This document shows positions 1 to 9,458 of a stretch of 45,900 nucleotides of DNA, one piece after another. The stretch's first letter is position 1, and each line of letters opens with the position of its first letter. The stretch comes from an uncultured Candidatus Saccharibacteria bacterium (GTDB lineage: Bacteria; Patescibacteriota; Minisyncoccia; Phycocordibacterales; UBA9973), in contig CAYIUH010000001.1 in the NCBI GenBank assembly GCA_964366625.1, forward strand, positions 1 through 45,900. Reading direction: 5' to 3'. The translations under genes and the position numbers were made by a program. The notes under the pieces were generated by a model, which saw nothing but the letters and a program-made list of their open reading frames with translations, made no database searches and was not told the DNA's origin.

Positions 1-2
1 AA

Positions 3-149
3 TATATGAAATGGATGAGCACGCAAGTTAAAAAAGGAAGATTTTTATTTTGCCCGAATGGAAGCCATATGAGTATGTGGGACGATCAGAAAGTTTTTTT
101 TGATGGCGTAATAAAATTTGTAAAAGATGTTGATGAAGGAAATTTTTGA
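3..149 (+). CDS. 3' end (partial) of an alpha/beta-hydrolase, proline-iminopeptidase-like
   Basis: Frame 3 is open from the window edge to TGA at 147-149: ...GRFLFCPNGSHMSMWDDQKVFFDGVIKFVKDVDEGNF*. The GSH..W/YDDQ context resembles C-termini of prolyl aminopeptidase-type hydrolases. Recognition is from memory only. Confidence 0.4.
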   Translation, partial: YMKWMSTQVKKGRFLFCPNGSHMSMWDDQKVFFDGVIKFVKDVDEGNF

Positions 150-174
150 AGATTTCTGTTGAGCGAGATAAAAT

Positions 175-200
175 AAAAAAGGGACTTAAAGTCCCTTTTT
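175..200. terminator. Bidirectional rho-independent terminator between convergent genes
   Basis: AAAAAA-GGGACTT-A-AAGTCCC-TTTTT. The GC-containing stem (181-187 / 189-195) is flanked by an A-run and a T-run. It lies between the plus-strand stop (149) and the minus-strand stop (224). Confidence 0.7.
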
Positions 201-223
201 GAATTTGAGTAAAACAGGTTTAA

Positions 224-1798
224 TTAATAATCAAAGTATAAATTTCGGAAAGAACTTCGCAAACCAATAAAAGTAGTTAAATTATTTTGAGTTGAGTTCT
301 TGTTTTTTTCTCTATTATATAACAATCCAACTTCAACTCTTAAATTTGTAATTGGATTTATAATATAATTTATTGAAGTCTCAATGAATAAAGAATTATT
401 TTTCAATCCTTGTAATAATTTATTGCCATATTCAAAAGATCTCGTTTGATAGGATTTAAATATATCTCCCCCAAAATTATAATTTGCAGTATCCAAACCG
501 GAATTTATTTGATTTACTTTAAAAAATAAATTAATATTTTCAAATTTAAAATTTATAAAACCAAGAAGTTCATTCATATTTGCACCAGTTGGATGCGCCA
601 ATGGTTGATAATAATTTCCATAATTCGTAATAGGATTTACTTGCGAGAAAGTAAATGGCATTACATGATTATATTCTAATAGATAATTAAATCTTCCAGT
701 TTTAATTTTTTCAAATCCTCTCAAGCCCAATTGAAAAGCATATTTATTTGCCCAATAACCAGAATTTGAAAATAATTCTTTCAGAGTAAATTCATCAAGT
801 AAAAATTGCGCATATAAATTTTGTTTGTGGCTTAAATTATATTTTACATTTAATGCAACTATTGCATTATCTGCTGAAGCATTTTTTCTATCAACAGGCC
901 TTAAAAATAAAAATGGATTCATGTATGTAAAATCAAATCCTCTTTTAATTGAATTATGAGAATCTGCCCATGTCATTGACTCAAAAAAACCAACAGTTAA
1001 ATCATCTGTAATATTCCAATCCAAGTAATGAAATAAAAACCATTTTCTTTCAAAGCCAACTAAATTATTTACTATCCCATTATTAGGATATAAAATTTGA
1101 CTGATTGAAGAAACATAAACAAATGGTTCAAATGAAAAAGTAAATCGCAGAAAAGGATAATTTGAAGAAGCGTCTGAAAGAATTACAGATCGATAGCCAT
1201 CACCAATAAATTGTTTGTCGTAAGCTAATAAAAAATTTAAATTATTAGTTGGCGTGTACGATAAAATACTTTTACTATACGCCCAATCAATTACACTTGA
1301 TTCAGCAAACATATCGGCTTGCCCGGGCACAATGCCAATTTTTTTTACTTTCTCTTCGTAATATTTTGGAAACTTTGCTTGATTTTCATAAAATAAAGTT
1401 GAGAAAAATAAATTATTTAAAATATCTGATTTAAGTTCAAAACCTCTTGTATTTATGTAAATATTTCTTTTGCCATTTATATCTCGTCCAACCTGGAAAT
1501 CGGGATAAAAGTTTATAATTGTTTTTTGATTTTCAAATTTATACTCTATCAAATTCTCACTAAATATTTTTCTATGTGAAAGTGTTTCCGAACTATCAAT
1601 TGTAATTTCAGATAAAGCGTTGTAAATGCTATCTGTAATTGGGTTTGGGGTAAAAGGATAAATTGAAGAATGAATTTTATTATTTGAAATGTATAATTTT
1701 TGTTTCTCGGTAAAATGTATATCAATAATAATTGGAGAGTTTATTTGAGCAAATGTTTTACTAAATAAAATTAAAACTAATAAACTAATTTTTTTCAT
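224..1798 (-). CDS. Outer-membrane beta-barrel protein, possibly Wzi-like capsule-assembly protein
   Basis: 524-aa ORF with signal peptide MKKISLLVLILFSKTFAQ. It is Tyr/Asn/Gly-rich and ends in an aromatic C-terminus ...FRNLYFDY, typical of OM barrels. Its start overlaps the upstream Wzy-like gene by 14 nt. The functional assignment is a guess. Confidence 0.55.
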   Translation of the reverse strand: MKKISLLVLILFSKTFAQINSPIIIDIHFTEKQKLYISNNKIHSSIYPFTPNPITDSIYNALSEITIDSSETLSHRKIFSENLIEYKFENQKTIINFYPDFQVGRDINGKRNIYINTRGFELKSDILNNLFFSTLFYENQAKFPKYYEEKVKKIGIVPGQADMFAESSVIDWAYSKSILSYTPTNNLNFLLAYDKQFIGDGYRSVILSDASSNYPFLRFTFSFEPFVYVSSISQILYPNNGIVNNLVGFERKWFLFHYLDWNITDDLTVGFFESMTWADSHNSIKRGFDFTYMNPFLFLRPVDRKNASADNAIVALNVKYNLSHKQNLYAQFLLDEFTLKELFSNSGYWANKYAFQLGLRGFEKIKTGRFNYLLEYNHVMPFTFSQVNPITNYGNYYQPLAHPTGANMNELLGFINFKFENINLFFKVNQINSGLDTANYNFGGDIFKSYQTRSFEYGNKLLQGLKNNSLFIETSINYIINPITNLRVEVGLLYNREKNKNSTQNNLTTFIGLRSSFRNLYFDY

Positions 1799-2969
1799 TT
1801 TTACTAATGTTGTTTAATATAATAGAGATGAATATTATTTTCATAAATGAAATATCCCCAATAAATAAACCATAAAACGAGTATAGAATAAAGAAATAAA
1901 ATAATACATCTTTTTTAACGATTAAAGTTTTTAAAGTATTTAAAAATAAATATGTAAATAATGTAATTCCGATTAATCCTGTTTCAAGGAATAATTCTAA
2001 AAAAATATTATGCGGATAAAGTAATTGAGCTGCGATCTTACTTACTGATGGATAGCCACCAATACCAATCCCAAAAATAAAATTATTTTTTATAACTTCA
2101 ACAGATTCCCTCCACATTATTAATCTTGCTCCAAGCGAGGCATCATTAGAAATAACACTTTTAGATAAGCCCTCAATAATTTTAAATCGATCAACGGTAA
2201 TGTTGCTAAATAAATATTTATCCGCAATTTGAATAATAACAAAAACAATAATATAAAAAAGATAATCCATCTTCAGATTTTTATTTTTGTAATTAAATAA
2301 ATAATACAAAACTAATACTATGTGAACTCCGTAATATGCCGCTCTTAGCGCTGTTAAATAAAGTGCTAAATAAATAATAAAATATATCGAATAATAAAAT
2401 ATTCTTTCTTTTACACTTTCAATTTTAATTGAGTGATACAAAATGATATAAGTAATTATTGAAAACGCAAGATACCTACCTAACCCATTGTGACTCCAAA
2501 TTAAAAAACTTTTAGTTCCATCATATTTTATTGGCCACAAGTAAAAAAGTATTACAGATAGAATTATCCCAGTTAAAATAATTATGTAAGCGAACTGTTT
2601 TAAAATTTCTTTTGATGAGTTTTCTTTTAAATATAAAATTTTTATACTTATTGGTAAAATAAAAATTGTTAATCCTAAAATTTTAGAAACGCCATAAACA
2701 GTAACTGGAGAATAAAATAAAGTTGTAACCAAATACAAAATAAAAATAAAATAAACCAAATTATTTTTAACTATCCTTTTTGCAACTTCAATAATTTGCT
2801 TATCTAAAAAATAATAAGTGCCAATTAAACTGATCAATGGCATTAAAATAAAAGTTGAAATATAAATTCTGTTTTTAGCTGTAGCATGAAATACAAATAT
2901 CTCAGCACATAGAATAAAAAAAATAATAAAATCTTTTTTATTCTGATTTATATAATTTAAAATATTCAA
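1785..2969 (-). CDS. O-antigen ligase/polymerase family membrane protein (Wzy_C-type)
   Basis: 394 aa and strongly polytopic. It has a periplasmic-loop signature followed by ...LYPHNIFLELFLETGLIGI..., as in O-antigen ligase/Wzy family proteins. Confidence 0.7.
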   Translation of the reverse strand: MNILNYINQNKKDFIIFFILCAEIFVFHATAKNRIYISTFILMPLISLIGTYYFLDKQIIEVAKRIVKNNLVYFIFILYLVTTLFYSPVTVYGVSKILGLTIFILPISIKILYLKENSSKEILKQFAYIIILTGIILSVILFYLWPIKYDGTKSFLIWSHNGLGRYLAFSIITYIILYHSIKIESVKERIFYYSIYFIIYLALYLTALRAAYYGVHIVLVLYYLFNYKNKNLKMDYLFYIIVFVIIQIADKYLFSNITVDRFKIIEGLSKSVISNDASLGARLIMWRESVEVIKNNFIFGIGIGGYPSVSKIAAQLLYPHNIFLELFLETGLIGITLFTYLFLNTLKTLIVKKDVLFYFFILYSFYGLFIGDISFMKIIFISIILNNISKNEKN

Positions 2970-3032
2970 TTAATACTTGTTAGTTTAAGACTGATGGGAT
3001 AAAACGGTGGGATGATGGGGAAAACTTTCTGC

Positions 3033-4949
3033 TTAATTAAAGATGTGTCCAGGCTTGTATTCTTTAACTAATTTGCTAATTTGCGCAATTATATTTTTTT
3101 TATTCCCTTCATTTGCAGATTCAACTAATTGCTCGATTTGAGTTATAAATATTCCAAAAGATTTATCAATATCTAATTCTCCATTAGTAATATCTTTTGT
3201 AATAAATATTTTTTCATTTAATGTTTTAGTAATCTTCTCGCTATCCAAACTAAGTTCTTCAAAAAGTTTTTCCCCAGGTCTTAAACCAGTAAATCTTATT
3301 TCAACTTTATTTAACGATTTTCCACTTAACAAAATTAAATTTTTTGCTAAATCAATTATTTTTATTGGCTCTCCCATATCCAATGTAAATATTTCTCCTC
3401 CATTTGAAAGAGATGAAGATTGTATTACAAGTCCAGATGCTTCAGGGATTGTCATAAAATATCTTGTAATGTCTGGATGAGTAACGGTAACATGATTATT
3501 TTCTTCTAATTGTTTTCTGAAAATTGGAATAACGCTTCCTCTACTTCCTAATACATTTCCAAATCTTACCGCTGAAAATTTCCTTTTATATTTTGAAGCA
3601 TATTTTTTTATTATCAATTCAGCAATTCGTTTTGTTACACCCATTGTTGAGGTTGGATTCACAGCTTTATCGCTTGATATTAAAATCAAATTTTTAACAT
3701 TATGTTTTATTGATAATTCACATAAGTTCAATGTCCCAAGAATATTATTTGTTACTGCCTCAGAAATATTTTCCTCCATTAAAGGAACATGTTTATGCGC
3801 CGCGGCGTGAAATATTAAATCGATTCTATTTTCAGAAAATACTTTTTTCATTCTTTTAGAATCTCTTATATCAGCAATTATGGATTTGATTTTTACTTGG
3901 TTTTGATTTAGAAATAATTCGTTTTGAATTTCAAAAATTGAATTTTCTCCATGCCCTAATAATATTAACGAGGCAGGTCCCATTTTTATTAATTGTCGAC
4001 AGATTTCTGAACCTATTGAACCCCCAGCTCCTGTTACTAAAATATTTTTTCCATTTATTTCTGTAGAAATTTTTTCAAAGTCTATTTTTTTTGCTGGTCT
4101 ATTTAATAAATCCTCAACGCTTATTGGTCTTAATTGTTTTATACCAAAAGTGTAATCAAGAAATTCAGCATAATGTGGCAATGTTTTTATACTAATATTT
4201 AAAGGAGTTGCAACTTCTGTGATTTTTTTTATTTTAGTTCCGTCTAAATTATTGATTGCAATTATAATTTGATCAGCAGAATATTTTTCTATTGCTTGTG
4301 CTAAAAAATCTATATCACCTGCAACAATTACTCCGTTTAGATATTTTTTTAATTTTATAGGGTCATCATCAAGAAATGCAACAGGATAATATTTCGATAT
4401 ATTCGAATCGGTGATTTCTCGTAACAATCTTAGCCCAGATGATCCAGCACCAATAATGATTGTATTTTTTTTATCTTTTGAATTGCCATTTGTTCCAATT
4501 GTTTTTGCTTGATTTAAAATTCTGAAACTAAATCTAATTAATCCAAAATAACTTAGTGTTAAAAAAACATCAATTATAGGGAAAGAAAATGGGGGTATGT
4601 TTTGTAAAACATTAAAATTAATTCGATTTATGTTTAAAGTTATTGTTTCGATTACAAGAATAAAAAATCCACCGGAAATTATTCTTGAAAATTCATTCAG
4701 TCCAGCAAATCTCCAAAATCTAGAATAGAGTTTTAGAAAATAAAAAATTGCAATCTTTACGAAAACCAAATAAATAATAAATAATTGAAATTCCCTATTT
4801 GAAATATTTATCGATTCAAATCCACCTCTTCTAATTACAATTGAAGCTAAAGGAGTTAATAAAAAAACAAAAATATCTAATAAGAGTAGATAAAAATTTC
4901 TCTCAAAAGAAAATTTAGACATGGTGTGGTTTTGATTTTTCGTATCCAC
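3033..4949 (-). CDS. Membrane-anchored nucleotide-sugar 4,6-dehydratase/epimerase (CapD/WbpM/PglF family)
   Basis: 638 aa. N-terminal TM helices are followed by two Rossmann segments (IIIGAGSSG; ILVTGAGGSIGSEICRQL). The MGVTKRIAE catalytic motif and FGNVLGSRGSVIP are typical of the CapD family. Confidence 0.85.
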   Translation of the reverse strand: MDTKNQNHTMSKFSFERNFYLLLLDIFVFLLTPLASIVIRRGGFESINISNREFQLFIIYLVFVKIAIFYFLKLYSRFWRFAGLNEFSRIISGGFFILVIETITLNINRINFNVLQNIPPFSFPIIDVFLTLSYFGLIRFSFRILNQAKTIGTNGNSKDKKNTIIIGAGSSGLRLLREITDSNISKYYPVAFLDDDPIKLKKYLNGVIVAGDIDFLAQAIEKYSADQIIIAINNLDGTKIKKITEVATPLNISIKTLPHYAEFLDYTFGIKQLRPISVEDLLNRPAKKIDFEKISTEINGKNILVTGAGGSIGSEICRQLIKMGPASLILLGHGENSIFEIQNELFLNQNQVKIKSIIADIRDSKRMKKVFSENRIDLIFHAAAHKHVPLMEENISEAVTNNILGTLNLCELSIKHNVKNLILISSDKAVNPTSTMGVTKRIAELIIKKYASKYKRKFSAVRFGNVLGSRGSVIPIFRKQLEENNHVTVTHPDITRYFMTIPEASGLVIQSSSLSNGGEIFTLDMGEPIKIIDLAKNLILLSGKSLNKVEIRFTGLRPGEKLFEELSLDSEKITKTLNEKIFITKDITNGELDIDKSFGIFITQIEQLVESANEGNKKNIIAQISKLVKEYKPGHIFN

Positions 4950-4973
4950 TTTTTTTATTTTATTAAAATTAAG

Positions 4974-5522
4974 TTAATGTTTGACTCCTCTTCTCATTAG
5001 CACTAATATAAATGTGAGCAACACAATCTTTATATCAAACCAAAAAGATTTGCATTTGAGATATTCTTTTTCAAACTCTACTTTGGCCTCAATTGAAATC
5101 TCATCACGACCATTAATTTGAGCCCAACCTGTTATTCCCGGTTTTAATTTATCTATTCCTGCTGCTATTCTAAGTGACATTAAATCATCTTGATTATATA
5201 AAGCAGGGCGAGGACCGACAAAAACCATTTCACCTTTAATGATATTAATAAGATTAGGCAGTTCATCCAAACTAAATTTTCGCAGAATGCCACCTATTTT
5301 TAATAAATATTGAGTAGAATTATCCAATAAATGTGTGGCGACATTCGGCGTGCTTTTCTTCATTGTTCGAAACTTGTAAATCTGAAAAAAAGTATAATTA
5401 ACGCCAACTCGTTTTTGCGTAAAGAAAACCGGGAGACTGTCTTCAATTAAAATAGCAATTGAAAGTAAAAGAAATATGGGTGAAAGAACTATTAAAAGAA
5501 AAAGGGCGGCAATTCTATCCAA
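4974..5522 (-). CDS. Small initiating phosphoglycosyl transferase (bacterial sugar transferase, PglC/WbaP C-domain type)
   Basis: 182 aa with one N-terminal TM helix. Motifs: QKRVGVNYTFFQIYKFRTM and DELPNLINIIKGEMVFVGPRP. Confidence 0.85.
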   Translation of the reverse strand: MDRIAALFLLIVLSPIFLLLSIAILIEDSLPVFFTQKRVGVNYTFFQIYKFRTMKKSTPNVATHLLDNSTQYLLKIGGILRKFSLDELPNLINIIKGEMVFVGPRPALYNQDDLMSLRIAAGIDKLKPGITGWAQINGRDEISIEAKVEFEKEYLKCKSFWFDIKIVLLTFILVLMRRGVKH

Positions 5523-6729
5523 GATTACTGTTTTGTTTAAAGGTTTTTTCTAAATTGTCTAAAAGAAGTCTCTTGGAAAAACTCGAATAGTATAAATCAC
5601 GAGATTTTTTTTCCATTTCAATTTTATGTTCTTTAGTTAAAGATTTAAGAACTAATGCATTTTCTGCTAACGCTTTATAATTGCCAGCCTCTGTAGATAT
5701 CCCAATCTTATTTTCGTTTATTATTGAATTTGCCTCCCCATTAATTGCGCCTAAAATTATTTTACCTGAAGATAAATATACTTGTAATTTAGCTGGAACG
5801 GTTAGATTAAATACTGCAGAATTGTTTAAAGTTAAAAGCATGACATCAGCTTGCTTAAAAAAACTAGGCATTGTCTCTATTGGATACCTTCCGTATATAT
5901 AAACATTTTTTAATACCCTCGAATCAACCTGTTTTCTAACCCAATCAAGCTTTCTTCCTTCACCAATTATTATCCAATTTATCTTTTCATTTTGAGTTAA
6001 CTCAGCAGCATTTAGAATTGTTTCAAAATCTTGAGCCTCTCCAATATTACCAGCAAACATTATATTAAAACCATCAGGTATCTTAGGAATATCAAATTCT
6101 TTTGTTGATAACTCTTCATATACACTCTCGGCCCAATTGGGAAAATATAAAACCGTCTTTTGGGGTGCTCTTTGATTAATATATTTTTCGAAAGACTTAG
6201 AGCTTATTAAAATGTAATCGGCTTTAGAATAAATATATCTAACTAATTTATCTAGCGCTCTGATTACAATTTTATTGCGTATCCTTAGAATAGCAGTAAG
6301 GGACTCTGGCCATAAATCTAAAACCCAAATATATAATTTAGCGTCCTTGTTCTTTTTCCTTGCCCAAATTGCCGGTAAGGACATCGTAATTGGTGATAGC
6401 TGTTGAACAAATATTACTTCGAACTTTTCAACTAACTTAAACGTACAATATGGATATGAGAACAAGAAAAAGGAGACATAATTTAATACTAGATTCATTG
6501 CTCTGCCATCTCCTCTTGGGTATGTTGGGATTCTGATTACTTTTGCACCATTTATATTCTCTTTTTGGACACCCCAGAATTTATACCCATCATAAAATTT
6601 TCCTATTGGATAATTAGGCTTGCCAGTTAAGACAGTTACATCGTGCCCTTTTAGAACTAAATCAAACACCAATTCATTTCCTCTGAATGTTTCTGGATAG
6701 AAATATTGAGAAACAAATAAAATTTTCAT
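5515..6729 (-). CDS. wbuB: GT4 glycosyltransferase, WbuB-like (L-FucNAc transferase type)
   Basis: The N-terminus MKILFVSQYFYPETFRGNELVFDLVLKGHDVTVLTGKPNYPIGKFYDGY is the characteristic WbuB pattern. It lies directly downstream of fnlABC-type genes. Confidence 0.7.
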   Translation of the reverse strand: MKILFVSQYFYPETFRGNELVFDLVLKGHDVTVLTGKPNYPIGKFYDGYKFWGVQKENINGAKVIRIPTYPRGDGRAMNLVLNYVSFFLFSYPYCTFKLVEKFEVIFVQQLSPITMSLPAIWARKKNKDAKLYIWVLDLWPESLTAILRIRNKIVIRALDKLVRYIYSKADYILISSKSFEKYINQRAPQKTVLYFPNWAESVYEELSTKEFDIPKIPDGFNIMFAGNIGEAQDFETILNAAELTQNEKINWIIIGEGRKLDWVRKQVDSRVLKNVYIYGRYPIETMPSFFKQADVMLLTLNNSAVFNLTVPAKLQVYLSSGKIILGAINGEANSIINENKIGISTEAGNYKALAENALVLKSLTKEHKIEMEKKSRDLYYSSFSKRLLLDNLEKTFKQNSNLG

Positions 6730-6733
6730 CTTT

Positions 6734-7873
6734 TTAAATTTCTCTCCAAACAGTTCGTTTAATATAATCTACATAACTAATAATAATTCTCACTACCTTA
6801 TCAGATACATTTGGCATGGAATAATCTGCAACCCTTCTAAATGATCTTCCCTCTCCTCTCTTTTGAAATTCTATTTGGATCAAACCTTGCAAAATTCTAT
6901 CTGGATTTAATCCAACCATCATCACTGATGCTTCTTCCATTGCCTCAGGACGCTCATGCGCTTGTCTGATATTTAGGGCTGGGAAATTCAAAATTGAAGA
7001 CTCTTCAGAAATTGTTCCGCTATCAGATAGAACAGCCTTCGAATGTAATTGTAAAGCATTATAATCATTAAACCCTAATGGCTTTAATAGTTGAATATTT
7101 TTATGTAAGCTCAATCCTGCAGTGTCAATCATCTTTCTTGTACGGGGATGAGTACTTACAATGACAGGTAAGTCAAATTTATCTGCAACAAGATTTAATG
7201 AATTAATCAATCCATTAAAATTAGATTGATTATTAATATTTTCTTCCCTATGGGCTGATACAACGAAATATTTGTGTTTTTCTAAAGCTAGACGATTTAA
7301 TACATCTGAAGCCTCTATGGATGACATGTAATGATTTAGTACTTCAAACATTGGTGAGCCAGTTTTTATAATTCGGTCAGCCGGCAAACCCTCTCTTAAC
7401 AAATATTCTCTAGCTATAGCACTATAGGTTAAATTAACATCCGAAATATGATCAACAATTTTTCTATTGGTTTCTTCTGGTACGCGTTGATCAAAACAAC
7501 GGTTACCAGCTTCCATGTGAAATATAGGGATATGGCGTTTTTTTGCTGGAATGGCACACAAGCAGCTATTTGTATCTCCTAAAATTAAAAAAGCATCAGG
7601 TTTTAATTCTTCCAACAATGGATCTATTTTAATTAAAATATTTCCAATTGTTTCGATACTAGTAGCTCCTGCTGCATTTAAAAAATAATCTGGCTTTCTA
7701 ATATCTAAATCATCATAGAAAATTTGGTTTAGTTCGTAATCATAATTTTGCCCAGTATGAACTATGATGTGTTCAATAACTTTAGATTCGTCAAGTTTTG
7801 CCATTACTCGAGAGAGTCGGATAATCTCTGGTCGCGTTCCAACAACCGTCATTACTTTTAAGCGTGCTTTCAT
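6734..7873 (-). CDS. fnlC: UDP-N-acetylglucosamine 2-epimerase (non-hydrolysing), FnlC/Cap5G/WbjD type
   Basis: Motifs: VMTVVGTRPEIIRLS, HMEAGNRCFDQRVPEE, SDSGTISEES. I moved the start to ATG 7873 (MKARLKVM...), because the 10 extra codons in the ORF track fall in the cassette flank repeat. Confidence 0.85.
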   Translation of the reverse strand: MKARLKVMTVVGTRPEIIRLSRVMAKLDESKVIEHIIVHTGQNYDYELNQIFYDDLDIRKPDYFLNAAGATSIETIGNILIKIDPLLEELKPDAFLILGDTNSCLCAIPAKKRHIPIFHMEAGNRCFDQRVPEETNRKIVDHISDVNLTYSAIAREYLLREGLPADRIIKTGSPMFEVLNHYMSSIEASDVLNRLALEKHKYFVVSAHREENINNQSNFNGLINSLNLVADKFDLPVIVSTHPRTRKMIDTAGLSLHKNIQLLKPLGFNDYNALQLHSKAVLSDSGTISEESSILNFPALNIRQAHERPEAMEEASVMMVGLNPDRILQGLIQIEFQKRGEGRSFRRVADYSMPNVSDKVVRIIISYVDYIKRTVWREI

Positions 7874-7891
7874 ATATTTTAGCTTTCGGCG

Positions 7892-7918
7892 TTCAGCAAT
7901 CAACTATCAGCTGACTGC
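7892..7918. repeat. Flank repeat (downstream side) of the four-helix-bundle cassette
   Basis: TTCAGCAATCAACTATCAGCTGACTGC. It shares the direct 8-mer CTGACTGC with 8302-8328. It also shares two inverted matches with 8302-8328: the 10-mer TCAGCAATCA/TGATTGCTGA and the 9-mer ATCAGCTGA/TCAGCTGAT. Confidence 0.7.
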
Positions 7919-7930
7919 ATTCTGCTTATG

Positions 7931-8293
7931 TTATTTTTTTCTTATTGTGCTAATTAACTTAGCTAACATTTTTTTTATTTCTTGTATCAAGGTATTCGTT
8001 TCTAAATATTGAACTTTAGATAGGTATCCTAATTCAAAACATAAAAGTAACAAATACTCAGTTTCACTTGCAGAACCAAAAGCGATTTGTAGAAAACGAG
8101 CAAAATCAGCATCACTACCTCGCCCACAACCTTCTGCAATATTAATTGGAATCGAAGAAGAAGCTCTTCTAATCTGAGAGGTTAATCCATACATTTCTTC
8201 TTTTGGAAAATTATTTGTCTGTTTATAAACAAACAAGGCTAAGTGATGTCCTTTTTCCCAAACTAATAAATTTCTAAAATCTTTCATTTCCAA
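7931..8293 (-). CDS. Four-helix-bundle protein (23S rRNA intervening-sequence protein family, TIGR02436/PF05635-like)
   Basis: 120 aa: FRNLLVWEKGHHLALFVYKQTNNFPKEEMYGLTSQIRRASSSIPINIAEGCGRGSDADFARFLQIAFGSASETEYLLLL. This is the canonical motif string of the family. Confidence 0.85.
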   Translation of the reverse strand: MEMKDFRNLLVWEKGHHLALFVYKQTNNFPKEEMYGLTSQIRRASSSIPINIAEGCGRGSDADFARFLQIAFGSASETEYLLLLCFELGYLSKVQYLETNTLIQEIKKMLAKLISTIRKK

Positions 8294-8301
8294 CTGTTTT
8301 T

Positions 8302-8328
8302 TCAGCTGATTGCTGATAACTGACTGCC
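8302..8328. repeat. Flank repeat (upstream side) of the four-helix-bundle cassette
   Basis: TCAGCTGATTGCTGATAACTGACTGCC. It is the partner of 7892-7918. It contains stop codons in several frames (TGA, TAA, TGA). Confidence 0.7.
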
Positions 8329-8337
8329 AACAGCTTA

Positions 8338-9456
8338 TTATACTCTTTCAAAATATGTATCTGAGTCATTGGAATCATAAAATTCATTAATCCAAAATAT
8401 TGTATACAAATCTTCATCGCTAATATTTGTAATATTGTGCGTGTACCAAATTGGCATATCCACATAGGCTGGCTCGTCGCCAGATAAATAATAATTAAAT
8501 ATTTCTGAAGTCCCTTTTTTTCTTAATTGTATTAATGCTTTACCATTGATTACTGAAAACCTTTCAATTTTGCGGGTATGAAAATGATTGCCTCTTGTGA
8601 TTCCTTTTTTCGTCGTAGAGAAGGAAACTTGCCCTCCGGTTTCTTGTCTTATTATTTCAACAAAATTTCCTCTTTCATCAACATTGTTTTTATACTTAAT
8701 AGGAAAGTGATTTGTTAAATTAAAATAAGATCGGAATGTATTAAACAAATTCAACTCAAATGCAGATTGAAATTTTGGAATTTCTCCATTTTCAAAATAC
8801 TTGCTTTTATATTTTAATAGTAGTTCTAAAATTTGCGAAACCCTGTATTCGTCGGTATGATCAATCTTGATTAAAGTTTCTTTTTTTATTGATTCAAACT
8901 GCTCAATTATTTTTTTTATTAAATCGTCAATATAAATTAGGTTAAGATTCGCATCAACTTTAATTTTAGGAGTTTCATTATTTACTAATTGATGACAAAA
9001 GGTTGAAACAACTGAATTGTAGTAAGGAATGCCAAATGATCCAAATACATTAGGAATAATTAGCCCTTTAAATTTTGCCCCGCTTTCATTAACCCAATTA
9101 TTAAACAATTCCCTTGCAGCTTTTTTTGAATTGCCAAATGGATTATCGCTCTCCTCTTGTATTGAAGATGAAAAAACAACAATCCCTTTAAATTTAGTTC
9201 GAATAAATGAATCAACTAATTTAGTTGCTAATTCTAAATTAGTTTTATAAATAAACTCTATATCATTGTGTCTATTCACACCAGCAAGATGAATTATAAT
9301 ATCACATTTTGATACAAATTCATCAAGCAAAATTTGATTTTCAAAGTAATCTCTCTGAAAATCAATTAGCTCGTATTCATCTTTTAATAGAGACAATCTA
9401 TTATATAAGTGCCAACCAATTAAACCATTTTTCCCTGTTATGCCAATTTGTAACAT
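8338..9456 (-). CDS. fnlB: FnlB/Cap5F/WbjC-type reductase-epimerase of the UDP-L-FucNAc pathway
   Basis: 372 aa. An N-terminal SDR-like Rossmann (IGITGKNGLIGWHL) is followed by a C-terminal cupin-like domain (GNHFHTRKIERF). Size and position between fnlA and fnlC fit. Confidence 0.75.
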   Translation of the reverse strand: MLQIGITGKNGLIGWHLYNRLSLLKDEYELIDFQRDYFENQILLDEFVSKCDIIIHLAGVNRHNDIEFIYKTNLELATKLVDSFIRTKFKGIVVFSSSIQEESDNPFGNSKKAARELFNNWVNESGAKFKGLIIPNVFGSFGIPYYNSVVSTFCHQLVNNETPKIKVDANLNLIYIDDLIKKIIEQFESIKKETLIKIDHTDEYRVSQILELLLKYKSKYFENGEIPKFQSAFELNLFNTFRSYFNLTNHFPIKYKNNVDERGNFVEIIRQETGGQVSFSTTKKGITRGNHFHTRKIERFSVINGKALIQLRKKGTSEIFNYYLSGDEPAYVDMPIWYTHNITNISDEDLYTIFWINEFYDSNDSDTYFERV

Positions 9457-9458
9457 CT

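Noticed and set aside
7874-7903. The N-terminal extensions in the ORF track: MIAERRKLKY on fnlC, and similarly MPLKKTSFKKRLIFYKPFKIKP on the methyltransferase at 34460.
   Set aside because: The extensions run into the cassette flank repeat or deep into the upstream gene. The family-conserved N-termini begin at the internal ATGs (7873 and 35131).
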